From contig JADGPK010000009.1 of assembly GCA_017882445.1 (NCBI GenBank), positions 9,309 to 73,308 of the forward strand: a DNA stretch of 64,000 nucleotides, read 5' to 3'. Position 1 is the stretch's first letter. Each line of letters begins with the position of its first letter. The DNA comes from Solirubrobacteraceae bacterium. GTDB lineage: Bacteria > Actinomycetota > Thermoleophilia > Solirubrobacterales > Solirubrobacteraceae. The position numbers and the translations under genes were made by a program. The notes beneath the pieces are model-generated. The model was not told the DNA's origin. It was given only the letters and a program-made list of their open reading frames with translations, and made no database searches. This document shows, one piece after another, positions 35,416 to 44,910 of the stretch.

Positions 35416-36676
35416 CGGCCAATCGTGCCGATTCGCGCGCCCGAGCGTCGCCCGAGCGTCCGCGCGCCGGCGTCACCGCGCGCACGTGCCCGGTCGCACC
35501 GGAGGAGACGTTGAGCAAGAGGCCCATCGCGGCCAGCATCGTGATCAGGCTGCTGGAGCCATAGGAGACGAACGGGAGCGGGACGCCGGTCAGCGGCGCG
35601 AGCCCGAGCACGGCGAACGCGTTGAGGATCGCCTCCGAGACGATCAGCGTCGTGACGCCGACGGCGATCAGGGCGCTGTAGAGGCTGCGCGCCGCCTTGG
35701 CCGCCCGCAGCCCCGCGTATGCGATCAGCCCGTAGAGGAACAACAGCGCGAACACCCCGACGACCCCGAGCTCCTCCGCGATCACCGCCAGGATGAAGTC
35801 GGTGCGCGCCTCCGGCAGGTAGAAGATCTTCTGGACCGATTGACCCGGACCGACTCCGAACAGCCCCCCGGAGCCGATCGCTATCTGCCCCTGGACGGCT
35901 TGGAACCCGCTGGATGAGGCGTGCGCCCAGGGATCGATGAACGAGGTGAGCCGCGCCCGCGCATAGGGGCGGATCAGCGCATAGAGGAGCACCAGCGCCA
36001 GTGCCGAGCCGCCCATGAGCGCGAGCTTGCCCATCGGGATCCCGCAGGCGATCAGCATGGCGCTGACGGTGAACGCGATCACCATCGCGGTGCCGAGGTC
36101 CGGCTGCGTCACCACCAGCAGGCAGGCCGCGCCCACGACCGCCAGCAGCGGCTTGGCCAGCTCGCGCAGATCGTGCACACGCTGCGGCCTTCTGGCCAGA
36201 AGGCTCGCGGAATAGAGCACGAGAGCGAGCTTCATGAGCTCGGAGGGCTGGAACTGGAGCTGCCCCGGACCGATCCAGCGGCGCGCGCCGTTGATGCTCA
36301 CGCCCACATGCGGAATGTGCACGGCGATCACGAGCGCGAAGGAGACGAACAGCAGCGGCGCGGTGATGCTCTGCACTTTCGCGACACCGTCGCGCGCCAG
36401 CACGCGCATCGCGATCAGCCCTACGCTCCCGTAGAGCACGAACTTGATCAGGTAGCCGCTGCCGTAACCGTGCCCCTGCAGCAGCGTGGTCGCCGACGAG
36501 GCGCTGTAGACCATCACGGCGCCGAAGGCGAGCAGACACATCGTGGCGGTGAGCAGGATGCGCTGCTCGAGCGGCTGGCGTCCAGGGGCGGCGTTCCTCC
36601 CCTGGCCACGCTCGTGGTCGCTCCGCGATTGACGAGAAGCCCCGGCTCGGGCTCGCCGTGCGGCGGCTGCTGGCAT
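35321..36676 (-). CDS. ftsW: SEDS-family peptidoglycan glycosyltransferase FtsW
   Basis: 10-TM SEDS pattern (MVYSASS..., PSELMKLAL, TDFILAVI, PFVSYGSSS) in the dcw position. The Arg-rich 3' tail overlaps murG by 95 nt. Confidence 0.9.
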   Translation of the reverse strand: MPAAAARRARAGASRQSRSDHERGQGRNAAPGRQPLEQRILLTATMCLLAFGAVMVYSASSATTLLQGHGYGSGYLIKFVLYGSVGLIAMRVLARDGVAKVQSITAPLLFVSFALVIAVHIPHVGVSINGARRWIGPGQLQFQPSELMKLALVLYSASLLARRPQRVHDLRELAKPLLAVVGAACLLVVTQPDLGTAMVIAFTVSAMLIACGIPMGKLALMGGSALALVLLYALIRPYARARLTSFIDPWAHASSSGFQAVQGQIAIGSGGLFGVGPGQSVQKIFYLPEARTDFILAVIAEELGVVGVFALLFLYGLIAYAGLRAAKAARSLYSALIAVGVTTLIVSEAILNAFAVLGLAPLTGVPLPFVSYGSSSLITMLAAMGLLLNVSSGATGHVRAVTPARGRSGDARARESARLAGERSVEEDRDRRRRDRRARGAGARGRGSAAG

Positions 36677-36729
36677 CCCTCTTCACTTCGACGCCAAACG
36701 CCTGAAGCCTCCCGGCTCGCCGGCCGCGA

Positions 36730-37698
36730 TCAGACGCCCCTGCTCTGACGGTAGATCGTGAATCCGATCGCGCTGCAGATCGAGGCCACGATCCAGAAGC
36801 GCAGGATGATCTTGGTCTCAGACCAGGCCTTCAGCTCGAAATGGTGGTGGATGGGCGCCATCAGGAAGACCCGCTTGCGCGTCATCTGGAAGGAGATGAC
36901 CTGGATCACGACCGACAGCGCCTCGATCACGAAGATCCCGCCCAGCAGGATCAGCAGCACCTCGGTCTTGGTCATCACGGCGAGACCGGCGATCGCCCCA
37001 CCGAGCCCGAGCGAGCCCGTGTCTCCCATGAAGACCGTCGCGGGGAAGGCGTTGAACCACAGGAAGCCCACGCACGCGCCCACCAGGCAGCCCGCGAGCA
37101 CCGCCAGGTCGAAGTTGCCGGATATGAACGTGATGCCGACGTAGGCGAGCAGCACGATCGCGACGCAGCCCGCGGCGAGACCGTCGAGGCCGTCGGTGAG
37201 GTTGACGGCGCTCGTCGTGCCCGCCACGACGAAGTAGATCAGCAGCGGGTAGAACGGGCCGAGGTCGATGTGGTAGTCGACGAAGCGGAGCCACAGCGTC
37301 GGCGGCAGATGGGCCTCGTGCGTCGCGATGAACCACAGCGCCAGGGAGATCGCGATCGTCACCCCCAGCTTGGTGCGGGCACGCAGCCCGAGCGACCGGC
37401 GCCTGACCAGCTTGACGTAGTCGTCGGCGAAGCCGAGCAGCGCGCAGGCGATCGCCACGCCGAACACGCCCACGGAGCGCCATTCGTAACTGGTGAGGAT
37501 CAGGAAGGAAACCGCGACCGCGAGGAAGATGATCACGCCGCCCATCGTTGGCGTGCCCGCCTTCAGGTGGTGCCCCTCCGGGCCGTCCTCGCGAATGTGC
37601 TGGCCGAACTCGCGCTTGCGCAGGAACTCGATGAACTTGGGGCTGAGGAAGATGCAGATCAGCAGCGCGGCGGTGCCCCCGAACATGATTCGGCCCAT
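36730..37698 (-). CDS. mraY: Phospho-N-acetylmuramoyl-pentapeptide transferase
   Basis: GTPTMGG, NLTDGLDGLA, MGDTGSLGLGG and PIHHHFE motifs. Confidence 0.97.
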   Translation of the reverse strand: MGRIMFGGTAALLICIFLSPKFIEFLRKREFGQHIREDGPEGHHLKAGTPTMGGVIIFLAVAVSFLILTSYEWRSVGVFGVAIACALLGFADDYVKLVRRRSLGLRARTKLGVTIAISLALWFIATHEAHLPPTLWLRFVDYHIDLGPFYPLLIYFVVAGTTSAVNLTDGLDGLAAGCVAIVLLAYVGITFISGNFDLAVLAGCLVGACVGFLWFNAFPATVFMGDTGSLGLGGAIAGLAVMTKTEVLLILLGGIFVIEALSVVIQVISFQMTRKRVFLMAPIHHHFELKAWSETKIILRFWIVASICSAIGFTIYRQSRGV

Positions 37699-39129
37699 TC
37701 AGCGCCGCCCCGTGCCGGCGCCGGGAGCGAGGACGGACGCGCCGCGAGCGGACTCGCGCGTGGTGGCTCTCGGCCCGGCAAGCGCCGCGACCACGCGCTC
37801 GAGGCCGACGCCGCGCGAGCCCTTGACGAGCACGGTGTCACCGGCATGCAGCAGCCTCGCCAGCAGCTCGGCGGCCACCGGCGCGTCCGCCACCGAATGG
37901 ACCTCGCCCGCGAACCCCCTCGACATCACTCCCGCCAGCGAACCGACGGTGATGAGCAGCCCGACCCCGCTGTCTGAGGCGTGCTCGCCGATCTCGCGAT
38001 GCAGCCGCGGCGAATCGGCCCCGAGCTCGAGCATGTCGCCGAGCACCGCCACGCGACGCCCGGGGGCCGTGTCGGCCAGGTCGTCGATCGCGGCGCGCAT
38101 GGACATGGGGTTCGCGTTGTAGCAGTCGTCGATCAGCACGACCCCGTCGGGCAGCACGAGCCGCTGGCCGCGCATGTTCGAGAAGCGCACCTCGACGCGT
38201 CCCTCCGGCGTGTGTCCGAGAGCGCGTGCCGCCGCCACGGCGGCGAGCAGGTTGCGCAGGTTGTGGGCCTGTTCGAAGGAAGGCCGCAGCACCATGTCCT
38301 GACCGCGGTCGCGGATGAGAACCGTCCCGTTCCCGCGCCGCTCGATGAGCGAGACGTCCGCATCGTCCCCGAACGTGGTGACGTCGACGTCCGCGCGCAG
38401 GTGAGCGGCCAGCAGCGGCTCGCGCACCGGAACGACCACGCTCGTCCCCCGCGCCAGCCCCGCGATCAGCTCCGCCTTCGCGGCCGCGATCGCCTCCAGC
38501 GAGCCGAGCTGCTCGAGGTGCGCGGGGCCGACGTTCACGATCACCGCGACGTCGGGGTCGGCGATGGCGGTGAGCTCGGCGATCTGTCCACTGCCGCGCA
38601 TCGCCATCTCGAGCACCAGCGCCTCGACGTCGCCCGGCGCGGCGAGGATGGCCAGGGGCATGCCTATCTCGGTGTTGAAGTTCTCGGGGCTGGCAGTCAC
38701 ACGCATGCGGGCGGCCAGGAGGGCAGCGAGGATGTCCTTGGTCGAGGTCTTCCCGGCGGAGCCGGTGATCGCCACCACCCTCGCCCCGCGAGCGCGCAGC
38801 TCGACCCGCCACCGCCGCGCGAGCGCCTGTATGCCGGCCAGGGGATCTTCATGCGCGAGCACCGCGCCCTGAGTGTCGGCCTCGAGCGCCGCCTGCGCGT
38901 GCTCGGGCGCCACGAGCACGCCCCACGCCCCGGCCCGCAGCGCCTGGACCGCGTGGATGCCGCCGTCGAGCCGCTCGCCGCGGAGACCCACGAACAGCTC
39001 GCCTCCCGCGAGCCGGCGCGAGTCGATGGCGGCGCTCCCGGGTCCCGGGTCGCTCGCGGCGCGCGAGGGCTCCGCCACGAGGACAGCCCCTGCGGCGCGA
39101 GCGATGCGGGCGGCGTCCCAGTCCCTCAT
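37699..39129 (-). CDS. murF: UDP-N-acetylmuramoyl-tripeptide--D-alanyl-D-alanine ligase
   Basis: ITGSAGKTSTK P-loop and DDCYNANP, in the dcw position between murE and mraY. Confidence 0.9.
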   Translation of the reverse strand: MRDWDAARIARAAGAVLVAEPSRAASDPGPGSAAIDSRRLAGGELFVGLRGERLDGGIHAVQALRAGAWGVLVAPEHAQAALEADTQGAVLAHEDPLAGIQALARRWRVELRARGARVVAITGSAGKTSTKDILAALLAARMRVTASPENFNTEIGMPLAILAAPGDVEALVLEMAMRGSGQIAELTAIADPDVAVIVNVGPAHLEQLGSLEAIAAAKAELIAGLARGTSVVVPVREPLLAAHLRADVDVTTFGDDADVSLIERRGNGTVLIRDRGQDMVLRPSFEQAHNLRNLLAAVAAARALGHTPEGRVEVRFSNMRGQRLVLPDGVVLIDDCYNANPMSMRAAIDDLADTAPGRRVAVLGDMLELGADSPRLHREIGEHASDSGVGLLITVGSLAGVMSRGFAGEVHSVADAPVAAELLARLLHAGDTVLVKGSRGVGLERVVAALAGPRATTRESARGASVLAPGAGTGRR

Positions 39130-40682
39130 GTGGAGCCGGCTCCCGCCCCGTGCCCCGCCAGTGCGCCCAGCGCCTCCCTGGCGACGGTGACGTCGTCGAA
39201 CGGAAGCTTGCGTCCGTCTGAGAGCTCCTGCCCCTGCTCGTGACCCTTGCCCGCGATCACGACCACGTCTCCCCGCCGACCGCAGGCGATCGCCTCGCCG
39301 ATTGCGGCCCGGCGGTCGGTGAGGGCGCGCACGTCCGGTGCCCTCATGTCCGACGCGCGCTCCTGCGGCCGGGCGCCGGAGCCGGGCTCGACCCGAGCCG
39401 TCCCGGCCATGATCTCGGCGATGATCCGCTCGGGGTCCTCCGAGCGGGGGTTGTCAGAGGTGATGAGCACACGGTCGGCCATGCGCGCGGCGATCTCGCC
39501 CATCAGCGGGCGCTTGCCGCGATCGCGGTCCCCGCCGGCGCCGAACACGCAGATCACCCGCCCTCGCCCGTTCTCCGACGAGCGCCCCACCAGCTCACTC
39601 GCCGAGCGCAAGACGTTTTCGAGCGAGTCGGGTGTGTGGGCGTAGTCGACCAGCACAGCGAAGTCCTGCCCCGCGTCGACCGGCTCGAAACGCCCGGGGA
39701 CGCGCACGCCACGCTCGAGCGCCCCCACCAGGGCGTCGAGGTCACCGCCGAGCGAATGCACGGCGGCGGTCGCCCCGAGGGCGTTGGCGACGTTGAAGCG
39801 TCCCGGCATCGGCAGCGCCACTTCGCGCTTCCCGTCGGGTGTCGCGAGCGTGAAGCGACAGCCGTCGAACCCGCAGCGCACGCCGCTGGCGCGGTAGTCG
39901 GCGGGCTCGTCGACGGCGAACGTGCATGCACCGTCGATCTCGTGCGCAAGACGTCGTCCGTAGGCGTCGGCGATGTTCACCACGCTCACCGCCGGGCGCT
40001 CGCCCTGGGCCGGCAGGAACAGCCGCCGCTTGGCGATGAAGTAGTCCTCCATCGTGTCGTGGAAGTCGAGATGGTCCCTGGTGATGTTCGTGAACACCGC
40101 GGCGGCGAAGGAGATCGCATCGGCGCGCCCGAGCTCAAGCGCGTGAGAGGAGACCTCGATCGCGCACGCCCGGTCGCCTCCATCGAGCATTGCACGCAGA
40201 TCCGCCTGCAGATCGATCGCCTCTGCTGTCGTGCGCTGAACCTCCCGCTCGTGGCCGCCGATGACGGACTTGACCGTGCCGAGCAGGCCGCATTGCACAC
40301 CGCCGGCCTCCAGCAGGGCCTGGATGAGGTAGGCGGTGGTCGTCTTGCCGTTGGTACCCGTCACCCCGATGACCCGCAGCTCGCGCGAGGGATGTTCGTA
40401 GAAGCGTGCGGCGAGCGGCGCCATGGCCACGCGAGCCGAGGACACGGCGACTTCGGGCACGCCGAGGCCGAGGGGGCGCTCGACGACGAGCGCCGCGGCG
40501 CCGCGCTCCACGGCCTGGGGCGCGAAGTCGTGCCCGTCGGAGTGAAACCCGCTCACGCAGAAGAACAGCCCGCCGGGCTGGACCGCGCGGCTGTCGTACG
40601 CCAGCGCGGATATCTCCACGGCGGCGCCCGCCGCGAAGGGCTCGACTCCCGCCAACCCGCGGGTCATCTCGTCGAGCCTCAT
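39126..40682 (-). CDS. murE: UDP-N-acetylmuramoyl-L-alanyl-D-glutamate--2,6-diaminopimelate ligase
   Basis: VTGTNGKTTTAYL and DYAHTPDS. The DNPR motif (TSDNPRSEDP) is characteristic of meso-DAP-adding MurE. Confidence 0.93.
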   Translation of the reverse strand: MRLDEMTRGLAGVEPFAAGAAVEISALAYDSRAVQPGGLFFCVSGFHSDGHDFAPQAVERGAAALVVERPLGLGVPEVAVSSARVAMAPLAARFYEHPSRELRVIGVTGTNGKTTTAYLIQALLEAGGVQCGLLGTVKSVIGGHEREVQRTTAEAIDLQADLRAMLDGGDRACAIEVSSHALELGRADAISFAAAVFTNITRDHLDFHDTMEDYFIAKRRLFLPAQGERPAVSVVNIADAYGRRLAHEIDGACTFAVDEPADYRASGVRCGFDGCRFTLATPDGKREVALPMPGRFNVANALGATAAVHSLGGDLDALVGALERGVRVPGRFEPVDAGQDFAVLVDYAHTPDSLENVLRSASELVGRSSENGRGRVICVFGAGGDRDRGKRPLMGEIAARMADRVLITSDNPRSEDPERIIAEIMAGTARVEPGSGARPQERASDMRAPDVRALTDRRAAIGEAIACGRRGDVVVIAGKGHEQGQELSDGRKLPFDDVTVAREALGALAGHGAGAGST

Positions 40683-40742
40683 TCCTCGCTCCCCTGCGCT
40701 GGCATGGGTTGAGTCTAGTTTCCGCTCCCGCGCCAGCCGCGT

Positions 40743-42455
40743 CTACCCCGGCGGGATGCCCAGATAGGGCAGCGCGAAGCTCATTATCTGACCGAAGGCC
40801 GGGGCGGCGACGGTGCCGCCGAAGACCGAGCCGGACTGCGGTTCGTCGACCACCACCGCGCACAGCAGACGCGGATTCGAGGCGGGAGCGAAGCCGATGA
40901 ACGAGGCCACGTATGCGCTCTGTGAGTATTCGCCCGTCGCGGGATCGATCTTGCTGGCCGTTCCCGTCTTGCCGGCCAGCTGGTAGCCGGGGATCGAGAC
41001 CTCGCTGGCGGTGCCCCCGGGGGCGAGCACCCCTTCGAGCATGTGTCGCAGCTCGGCCGCGGTGGCGGCGGAGATGATGCGATGTCCCGCGGGCAGGGGC
41101 GCAAGCTGCCCGGCGACAGCGCGCACGATATGCGCGGGGCGAAGGATGCCGCCGTTGGCGATCGCTGAGTAGGCCGTCGCCATCTGCATCGGCGTGACCA
41201 GCTCCCCCTGCCCGATCGGCAGGTTGCCCATCGAGGAGCCCGAGTAGTGATCGAGCGGGAGCGTCACGCCCTGTTCCTCGCCGGGCAGATCGACGCCGGT
41301 GGCCTCGCCGAAGCCGAACTGGTGGACCCAGCTGTTGAAGTGTTCGGCCCCCTCGAGCAGACCTATTTTGATCGCGCCGACGTTGCTGGAGCGAGCGAGG
41401 ATCTGCGAGGTGGTGAGCGTTTCTTCGGGGTGTTCGGTGTCGTCGTGGATCGTTCTGTCGGCGACATGGATCTGATTGGGGATGTTGAAGGGGGTGCTCG
41501 GCGTGATCAGGCCCTGCTGGAGCGCGCCCGAGACCGTCACCGACTTGAACGTCGAGCCCGGTTCGTAGTCGAAGCCGACGGCCCTGTCCTGTAGAGCGCC
41601 GGCGGGAGCGGCGCCGGGATCATTCGGGTTCGCCTGCGGCCAGTTGGCCACCGCCAGGATCGCTCCTGTGCGCGGGTCCATCACGAGCGCGGTCGCGTCT
41701 TTGGGGTTGAAGACCCGCGCGACGGCGCTCAACACATCTTCGCTGCGTTGCTGGATGTTGGCGTCGAGCGTCAGCGACAGCGTCTTGCCGGGAACCATGG
41801 GCTGGGTTTCGGTGATCGAGACGGGCTGGCCGATCGCGTCGCTCACAACCCTTCTGCGGCCGGGACGGCCGCGCAACAGCGAATCGCGCGAGTACTCGAT
41901 GCCCGCGAGACCCTTGCCTTCGGTGCCGACGAAGCCGAGCACCTGCGCGGCCAGTGGGCCGCGCGGATAGACCCTGCGCATGACCGCCGTGCCTGTGACA
42001 CCGGGTATCTTCAGGGCGAGAACAGCCTGGGCCTGACCGGCAGGCAGCGCGCGTTCGAGGTAGACGAAGCCGGCGTGCTCGGAGAGCTTTCTCAGCAGCG
42101 TCGCCTGGGTCTGTTTGAGCATTGGCGCCAGACGCTCGGCCGTCCCGAGCGGATCGGTGATCAGGTACGGGTCCGCCGAGATGTCCTGCGCGGGCTCTGA
42201 GACGGCGAGGTCGACCCCGTTGCGATCCATGATCAGTCCGCGCTGCGCGGTCACGGGCTCGTTGGTCAGCTGCTGGTTGCTCGCGGCCTTGCGCAGGGGC
42301 CCGCCGCGCAGGACGCCGAGGTAGACGGTGCGTCCCGCAGCGACGACGAGCAGGATGAAGAAGAGCCCAAAGATCGTCCCGATGCGACGCTGGGCGACGG
42401 CCACGTGCCTAGCCCGCCGGACCTGACTGGGTACCGCCGCCGGGCGATGCTTCAC
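40743..42455 (-). CDS. ftsI: Class B penicillin-binding protein (FtsI-type transpeptidase)
   Basis: N-terminal TM helix, PBP dimer domain, and the transpeptidase triad STFK, SSN and KTGT. The start could be the GTG at 42455 or the GTG at 42404, which would avoid overlap with ftsL. Confidence 0.9.
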   Translation of the reverse strand: MKHRPAAVPSQVRRARHVAVAQRRIGTIFGLFFILLVVAAGRTVYLGVLRGGPLRKAASNQQLTNEPVTAQRGLIMDRNGVDLAVSEPAQDISADPYLITDPLGTAERLAPMLKQTQATLLRKLSEHAGFVYLERALPAGQAQAVLALKIPGVTGTAVMRRVYPRGPLAAQVLGFVGTEGKGLAGIEYSRDSLLRGRPGRRRVVSDAIGQPVSITETQPMVPGKTLSLTLDANIQQRSEDVLSAVARVFNPKDATALVMDPRTGAILAVANWPQANPNDPGAAPAGALQDRAVGFDYEPGSTFKSVTVSGALQQGLITPSTPFNIPNQIHVADRTIHDDTEHPEETLTTSQILARSSNVGAIKIGLLEGAEHFNSWVHQFGFGEATGVDLPGEEQGVTLPLDHYSGSSMGNLPIGQGELVTPMQMATAYSAIANGGILRPAHIVRAVAGQLAPLPAGHRIISAATAAELRHMLEGVLAPGGTASEVSIPGYQLAGKTGTASKIDPATGEYSQSAYVASFIGFAPASNPRLLCAVVVDEPQSGSVFGGTVAAPAFGQIMSFALPYLGIPPG

Positions 42456-43269
42456 CTGAGCCGCCGGCCGTGCCTCCGGCGGGCGGCGCTGCGGTCGTGG
42501 CCGATGACGGCGCTGCGACCGCGGTCGACGTCGAGGTGGCGGATTCTCCGGTCGTGCTCGTCGATGCGGCGGGCGCGCTCGCGGGCGCGGCGGCCGTGCT
42601 CGCCGGCGCTTTCATCGCGGTCGAGGCGCTCGAGGCGGGAGCGGCGGACGATTCGGCGCTCGCAGGCTGCGCGGCGGGGGACCCGGCGGTCAAGGAAGCT
42701 TCGGCGCCCGCTTCGCTGGAGGGGGCGCCCGCGGTGTGCACCGGCATGCTCAGCGACGCCGCGCCACGATAGGCATCGACACGCGGGCGGGCGGTGAGGA
42801 ACAGCAGCGCCCCCGTGGGCACGATCCCCATGCCCAGGCGCGCCGCCGAGGTCTCGACACGGTAGCCGGCCGTCAGTTCGGAGTTTTCGATGCTCAACGC
42901 GGCGTTCTCGCGCTGCAGCAGCGCCCCCCGCTCGAGCGATCGACCGATGCTCGCGTTGAGCTTGAGTAGGCCGAGCTGCAGCGTCACGATCCCGATCAGC
43001 GCGAAGGCGATGATCGCGATCCATGTGCGTCCGCGGATGAGCCTGTCCAGCAGCCGGTGGCGCGAGACGCGATGCAGCGCCTCGAGGAGGCCGAGCGCCA
43101 GAGAGCCCTCGGCCTGCGCCGCGGGCCGGCGCGGGCTGACCGGAAGCTCTCGCCGTACGGGACCCGAGACCCGCCTCGGCCTTGGCGCGATCGTGAACGG
43201 GCGGCCCGGGGCGACGGTGCGCGCCCGGTGAACCGTCGGCGCCGCGGCGGCGGCGGCGGGCGGCGTCAC
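42409..43269 (-). CDS. ftsL: FtsL-like septum-formation protein with a long Ala/Ser/Thr/Pro tail
   Basis: Single TM helix (WIAIIAFALIGIVTLQLGLL) followed by a coiled-coil-like segment (LQRENAALSIENSEL), located between rsmH and ftsI. I chose the GTG at 43269, which forms a GTGA overlap with the rsmH stop. The rest of ORF 42409..43797 overlaps rsmH. Confidence 0.6.
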   Translation of the reverse strand: MTPPAAAAAAPTVHRARTVAPGRPFTIAPRPRRVSGPVRRELPVSPRRPAAQAEGSLALGLLEALHRVSRHRLLDRLIRGRTWIAIIAFALIGIVTLQLGLLKLNASIGRSLERGALLQRENAALSIENSELTAGYRVETSAARLGMGIVPTGALLFLTARPRVDAYRGAASLSMPVHTAGAPSSEAGAEASLTAGSPAAQPASAESSAAPASSASTAMKAPASTAAAPASAPAASTSTTGESATSTSTAVAAPSSATTAAPPAGGTAGGSGEASPGGGTQSGPAG

Positions 43270-44375
43270 GAGGCCACATCCTCGTCGGTCAGCTTCCTGG
43301 CGGCGCGCAGACGCGCCGAGGCGGCACGCGGATTGCCCGCGATCTCCACGGCGGATGGCGTGATCGAGCGACGGTTGAGCAGCGCCGCCTGAGGCTCGCG
43401 GCCGCAGGCGCACACGGGCAGCTGTGGCGGACAGACGCAACCGCGGGCGCGCTCGACGAGGAAGTGCTTGACCCGCCGGTCCTCGAGCGAGTGAAACGAG
43501 ATGGCCGCCAGCACGCCGCCCTCGCGCAGCAGGTCCCAGGCGAGCGGCAGTGCGCGGTCGAGCTGCCCGAGCTCGTCGTTGACGGCGATGCGCAGCGCCT
43601 GGAAGGACCGCTTCGCGGGATGGCCACCGGCAAAGCGCGCGGGAGCGGGGATGGCGGACTTGATCGTGTCGACGAGCTCGAGCGTGGTCTGGATGGGCGC
43701 CTGACCGCGCCGGCGCACGATCGCACCGGCGATGGCGTTCGCGTGGCGCTCCTCGCCGAAATCGCGCAGCGCGTGGGCCAGACGCCGCTCCTCCCACTCA
43801 GCGACGATCTCGAGCGCGGTCAGCTCTTGAGCGGGGTCCATGCGCATGTCCAGCGGCGCGTCGTAGGAGTAGGAGAACCCGCGCTCGCGCGTGTCGACCT
43901 GCATCGAGGACATGCCCAGGTCGAAGTAGACCATGTCCGCGCGCAGACCCTCGCCGTCGAGTAGCTCGAGCGCCTCGGCGTAGCTCGAGCGTATGAAACG
44001 CACCGAGCAGGCCGCCTCGGCGGCCAGAGTGGCGAATCGCTGCTCGGCCAATGGATCGCGGTCGATCGCCACGAGCGTGCCGGATGGGCCGAGCCGCTCG
44101 GCCAGCAGGCGGGCGTGACCACCGTCGCCGAAGGTGCAGTCGATCGCGATCTGGCCAGGCCTGGGATCGAGCAGCTCGATCAGCTCGTCGGCGAGCACGG
44201 GAGTATGAGACGTCTGCGAGGTCCCAGCACCGCAGCCCGGCTGTGTGAGCGCTCGAGCTGGGCGTCTGCGACTCGAGTCACCGGAGCCCCGCCTGCGCCG
44301 CGCCAGCTCGGGCGTCCAGCTGTCCGCGCCGCGGGCGTCGCGCACGTCTCTGCTGTCAAGCAGCGTCGTCGACAC
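43266..44375 (-). CDS. rsmH: 16S rRNA (cytosine1402-N4)-methyltransferase RsmH/MraW
   Basis: HTPVL, DCTFGDGGHA, DLGMSSMQ and SFHSLEDR motifs. The start is uncertain: either the GTG at 44375 (20-nt overlap with mraZ) or the GTG at 44345 (10 nt after the mraZ stop). Confidence 0.92.
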   Translation of the reverse strand: MSTTLLDSRDVRDARGADSWTPELARRRRGSGDSSRRRPARALTQPGCGAGTSQTSHTPVLADELIELLDPRPGQIAIDCTFGDGGHARLLAERLGPSGTLVAIDRDPLAEQRFATLAAEAACSVRFIRSSYAEALELLDGEGLRADMVYFDLGMSSMQVDTRERGFSYSYDAPLDMRMDPAQELTALEIVAEWEERRLAHALRDFGEERHANAIAGAIVRRRGQAPIQTTLELVDTIKSAIPAPARFAGGHPAKRSFQALRIAVNDELGQLDRALPLAWDLLREGGVLAAISFHSLEDRRVKHFLVERARGCVCPPQLPVCACGREPQAALLNRRSITPSAVEIAGNPRAASARLRAARKLTDEDVAS

Positions 44376-44799
44376 GCGAGGTGACCTCCGCGACGCCGCT
44401 GAGCAGCGTCGTTCGATGTTCGCTCCAGGCGCTCTTGTCCCACAGCTCCAGGCGGTCGCCGACGCCCACGACCACGACGTCCTTGGCCAGGGCGGCGTGC
44501 TCGCCGAGGAAGCCCGGGATCATCAAGCGCCCGGCGGCGTCGAGTTCAGCGTCGTGGGAGCTGCCGTAGAAGAAGCGCTCGAGCTCGGCCAGCCTTGGGG
44601 ACAGAGGCGGCAGCTCGGCGAGCGCGCGGCGGGTGTAGCGCTCGTACTCCTCTGGACGCCACACGCCCACACACGGCTTCAGGTCGATCGGCATCGCCAG
44701 GACAACACCCTCGGCAAGGGCGGCTCGATAGCGGGCCGGCACAGTGAGGCGGTTCTTCGCGTCGAGCGTATGGTCGAAGGTGCCACGAAAGGGGACCAC
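44356..44799 (-). CDS. mraZ: Transcriptional regulator MraZ
   Basis: Two DxxxR-type SpoVT/AbrB repeats (LDAKNRLTVP and LDAAGRLMIP). I chose the GTG at 44799, which gives about 147 aa with a GGAG Shine-Dalgarno sequence 9 nt upstream. The upstream ATG at 44886 falls inside the predicted -10 box. Confidence 0.9.
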   Translation of the reverse strand: MVPFRGTFDHTLDAKNRLTVPARYRAALAEGVVLAMPIDLKPCVGVWRPEEYERYTRRALAELPPLSPRLAELERFFYGSSHDAELDAAGRLMIPGFLGEHAALAKDVVVVGVGDRLELWDKSAWSEHRTTLLSGVAEVTSRVDDAA

Positions 44800-44835
44800 G
44801 TTTGCAGCTCCAAAAGCTTTGTTTGACCGGGCCGA

Positions 44836-44864
44836 GGTGGAGGAGTGGGAGGAGCCCCTCCACC
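44836..44864 (-). other. Hairpin in the predicted mraZ 5' UTR (8-bp stem GGTGGAGG/CCTCCACC, 13-nt loop)
   Basis: Inverted repeat read directly from the sequence, lying between the predicted promoter and the mraZ Shine-Dalgarno sequence. Confidence 0.4.
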
Positions 44865-44881
44865 CCGGCTCGCTGTGCGCG

Positions 44882-44910
44882 AACATATCCCACTTTCCCC
44901 CACAATGCAA
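44882..44910 (-). promoter_or_regulatory. Candidate sigma-70-type promoter of mraZ and the dcw cluster: TTGCAT-N17-TATGTT
   Basis: The minus strand reads TTGCATTGTGGGGGAAAGTGGGATATGTT, in the AT-richer mraZ upstream region about 80 nt before the mraZ GTG. Confidence 0.45.
44889..44903 (-). promoter_or_regulatory. GTGGG-N5-GTGGG direct repeat; candidate MraZ operator inside the promoter spacer
   Basis: The minus strand reads GTGGGGGAAAGTGGG. A further GTGGG lies at 44930-44934 and a TAGGG at 44911-44915. MraZ is known to bind GTGGG-type direct repeats with 10-nt phasing. Confidence 0.35.

Noticed and set aside
44884-44886. The upstream ATG (MFAHSEPGW...) as the mraZ start.
   Set aside because: It would add about 30 non-conserved residues, and it lies inside the predicted -10 hexamer. 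The GTG at 44799 gives a canonical MraZ of about 147 aa with a GGAG Shine-Dalgarno sequence.
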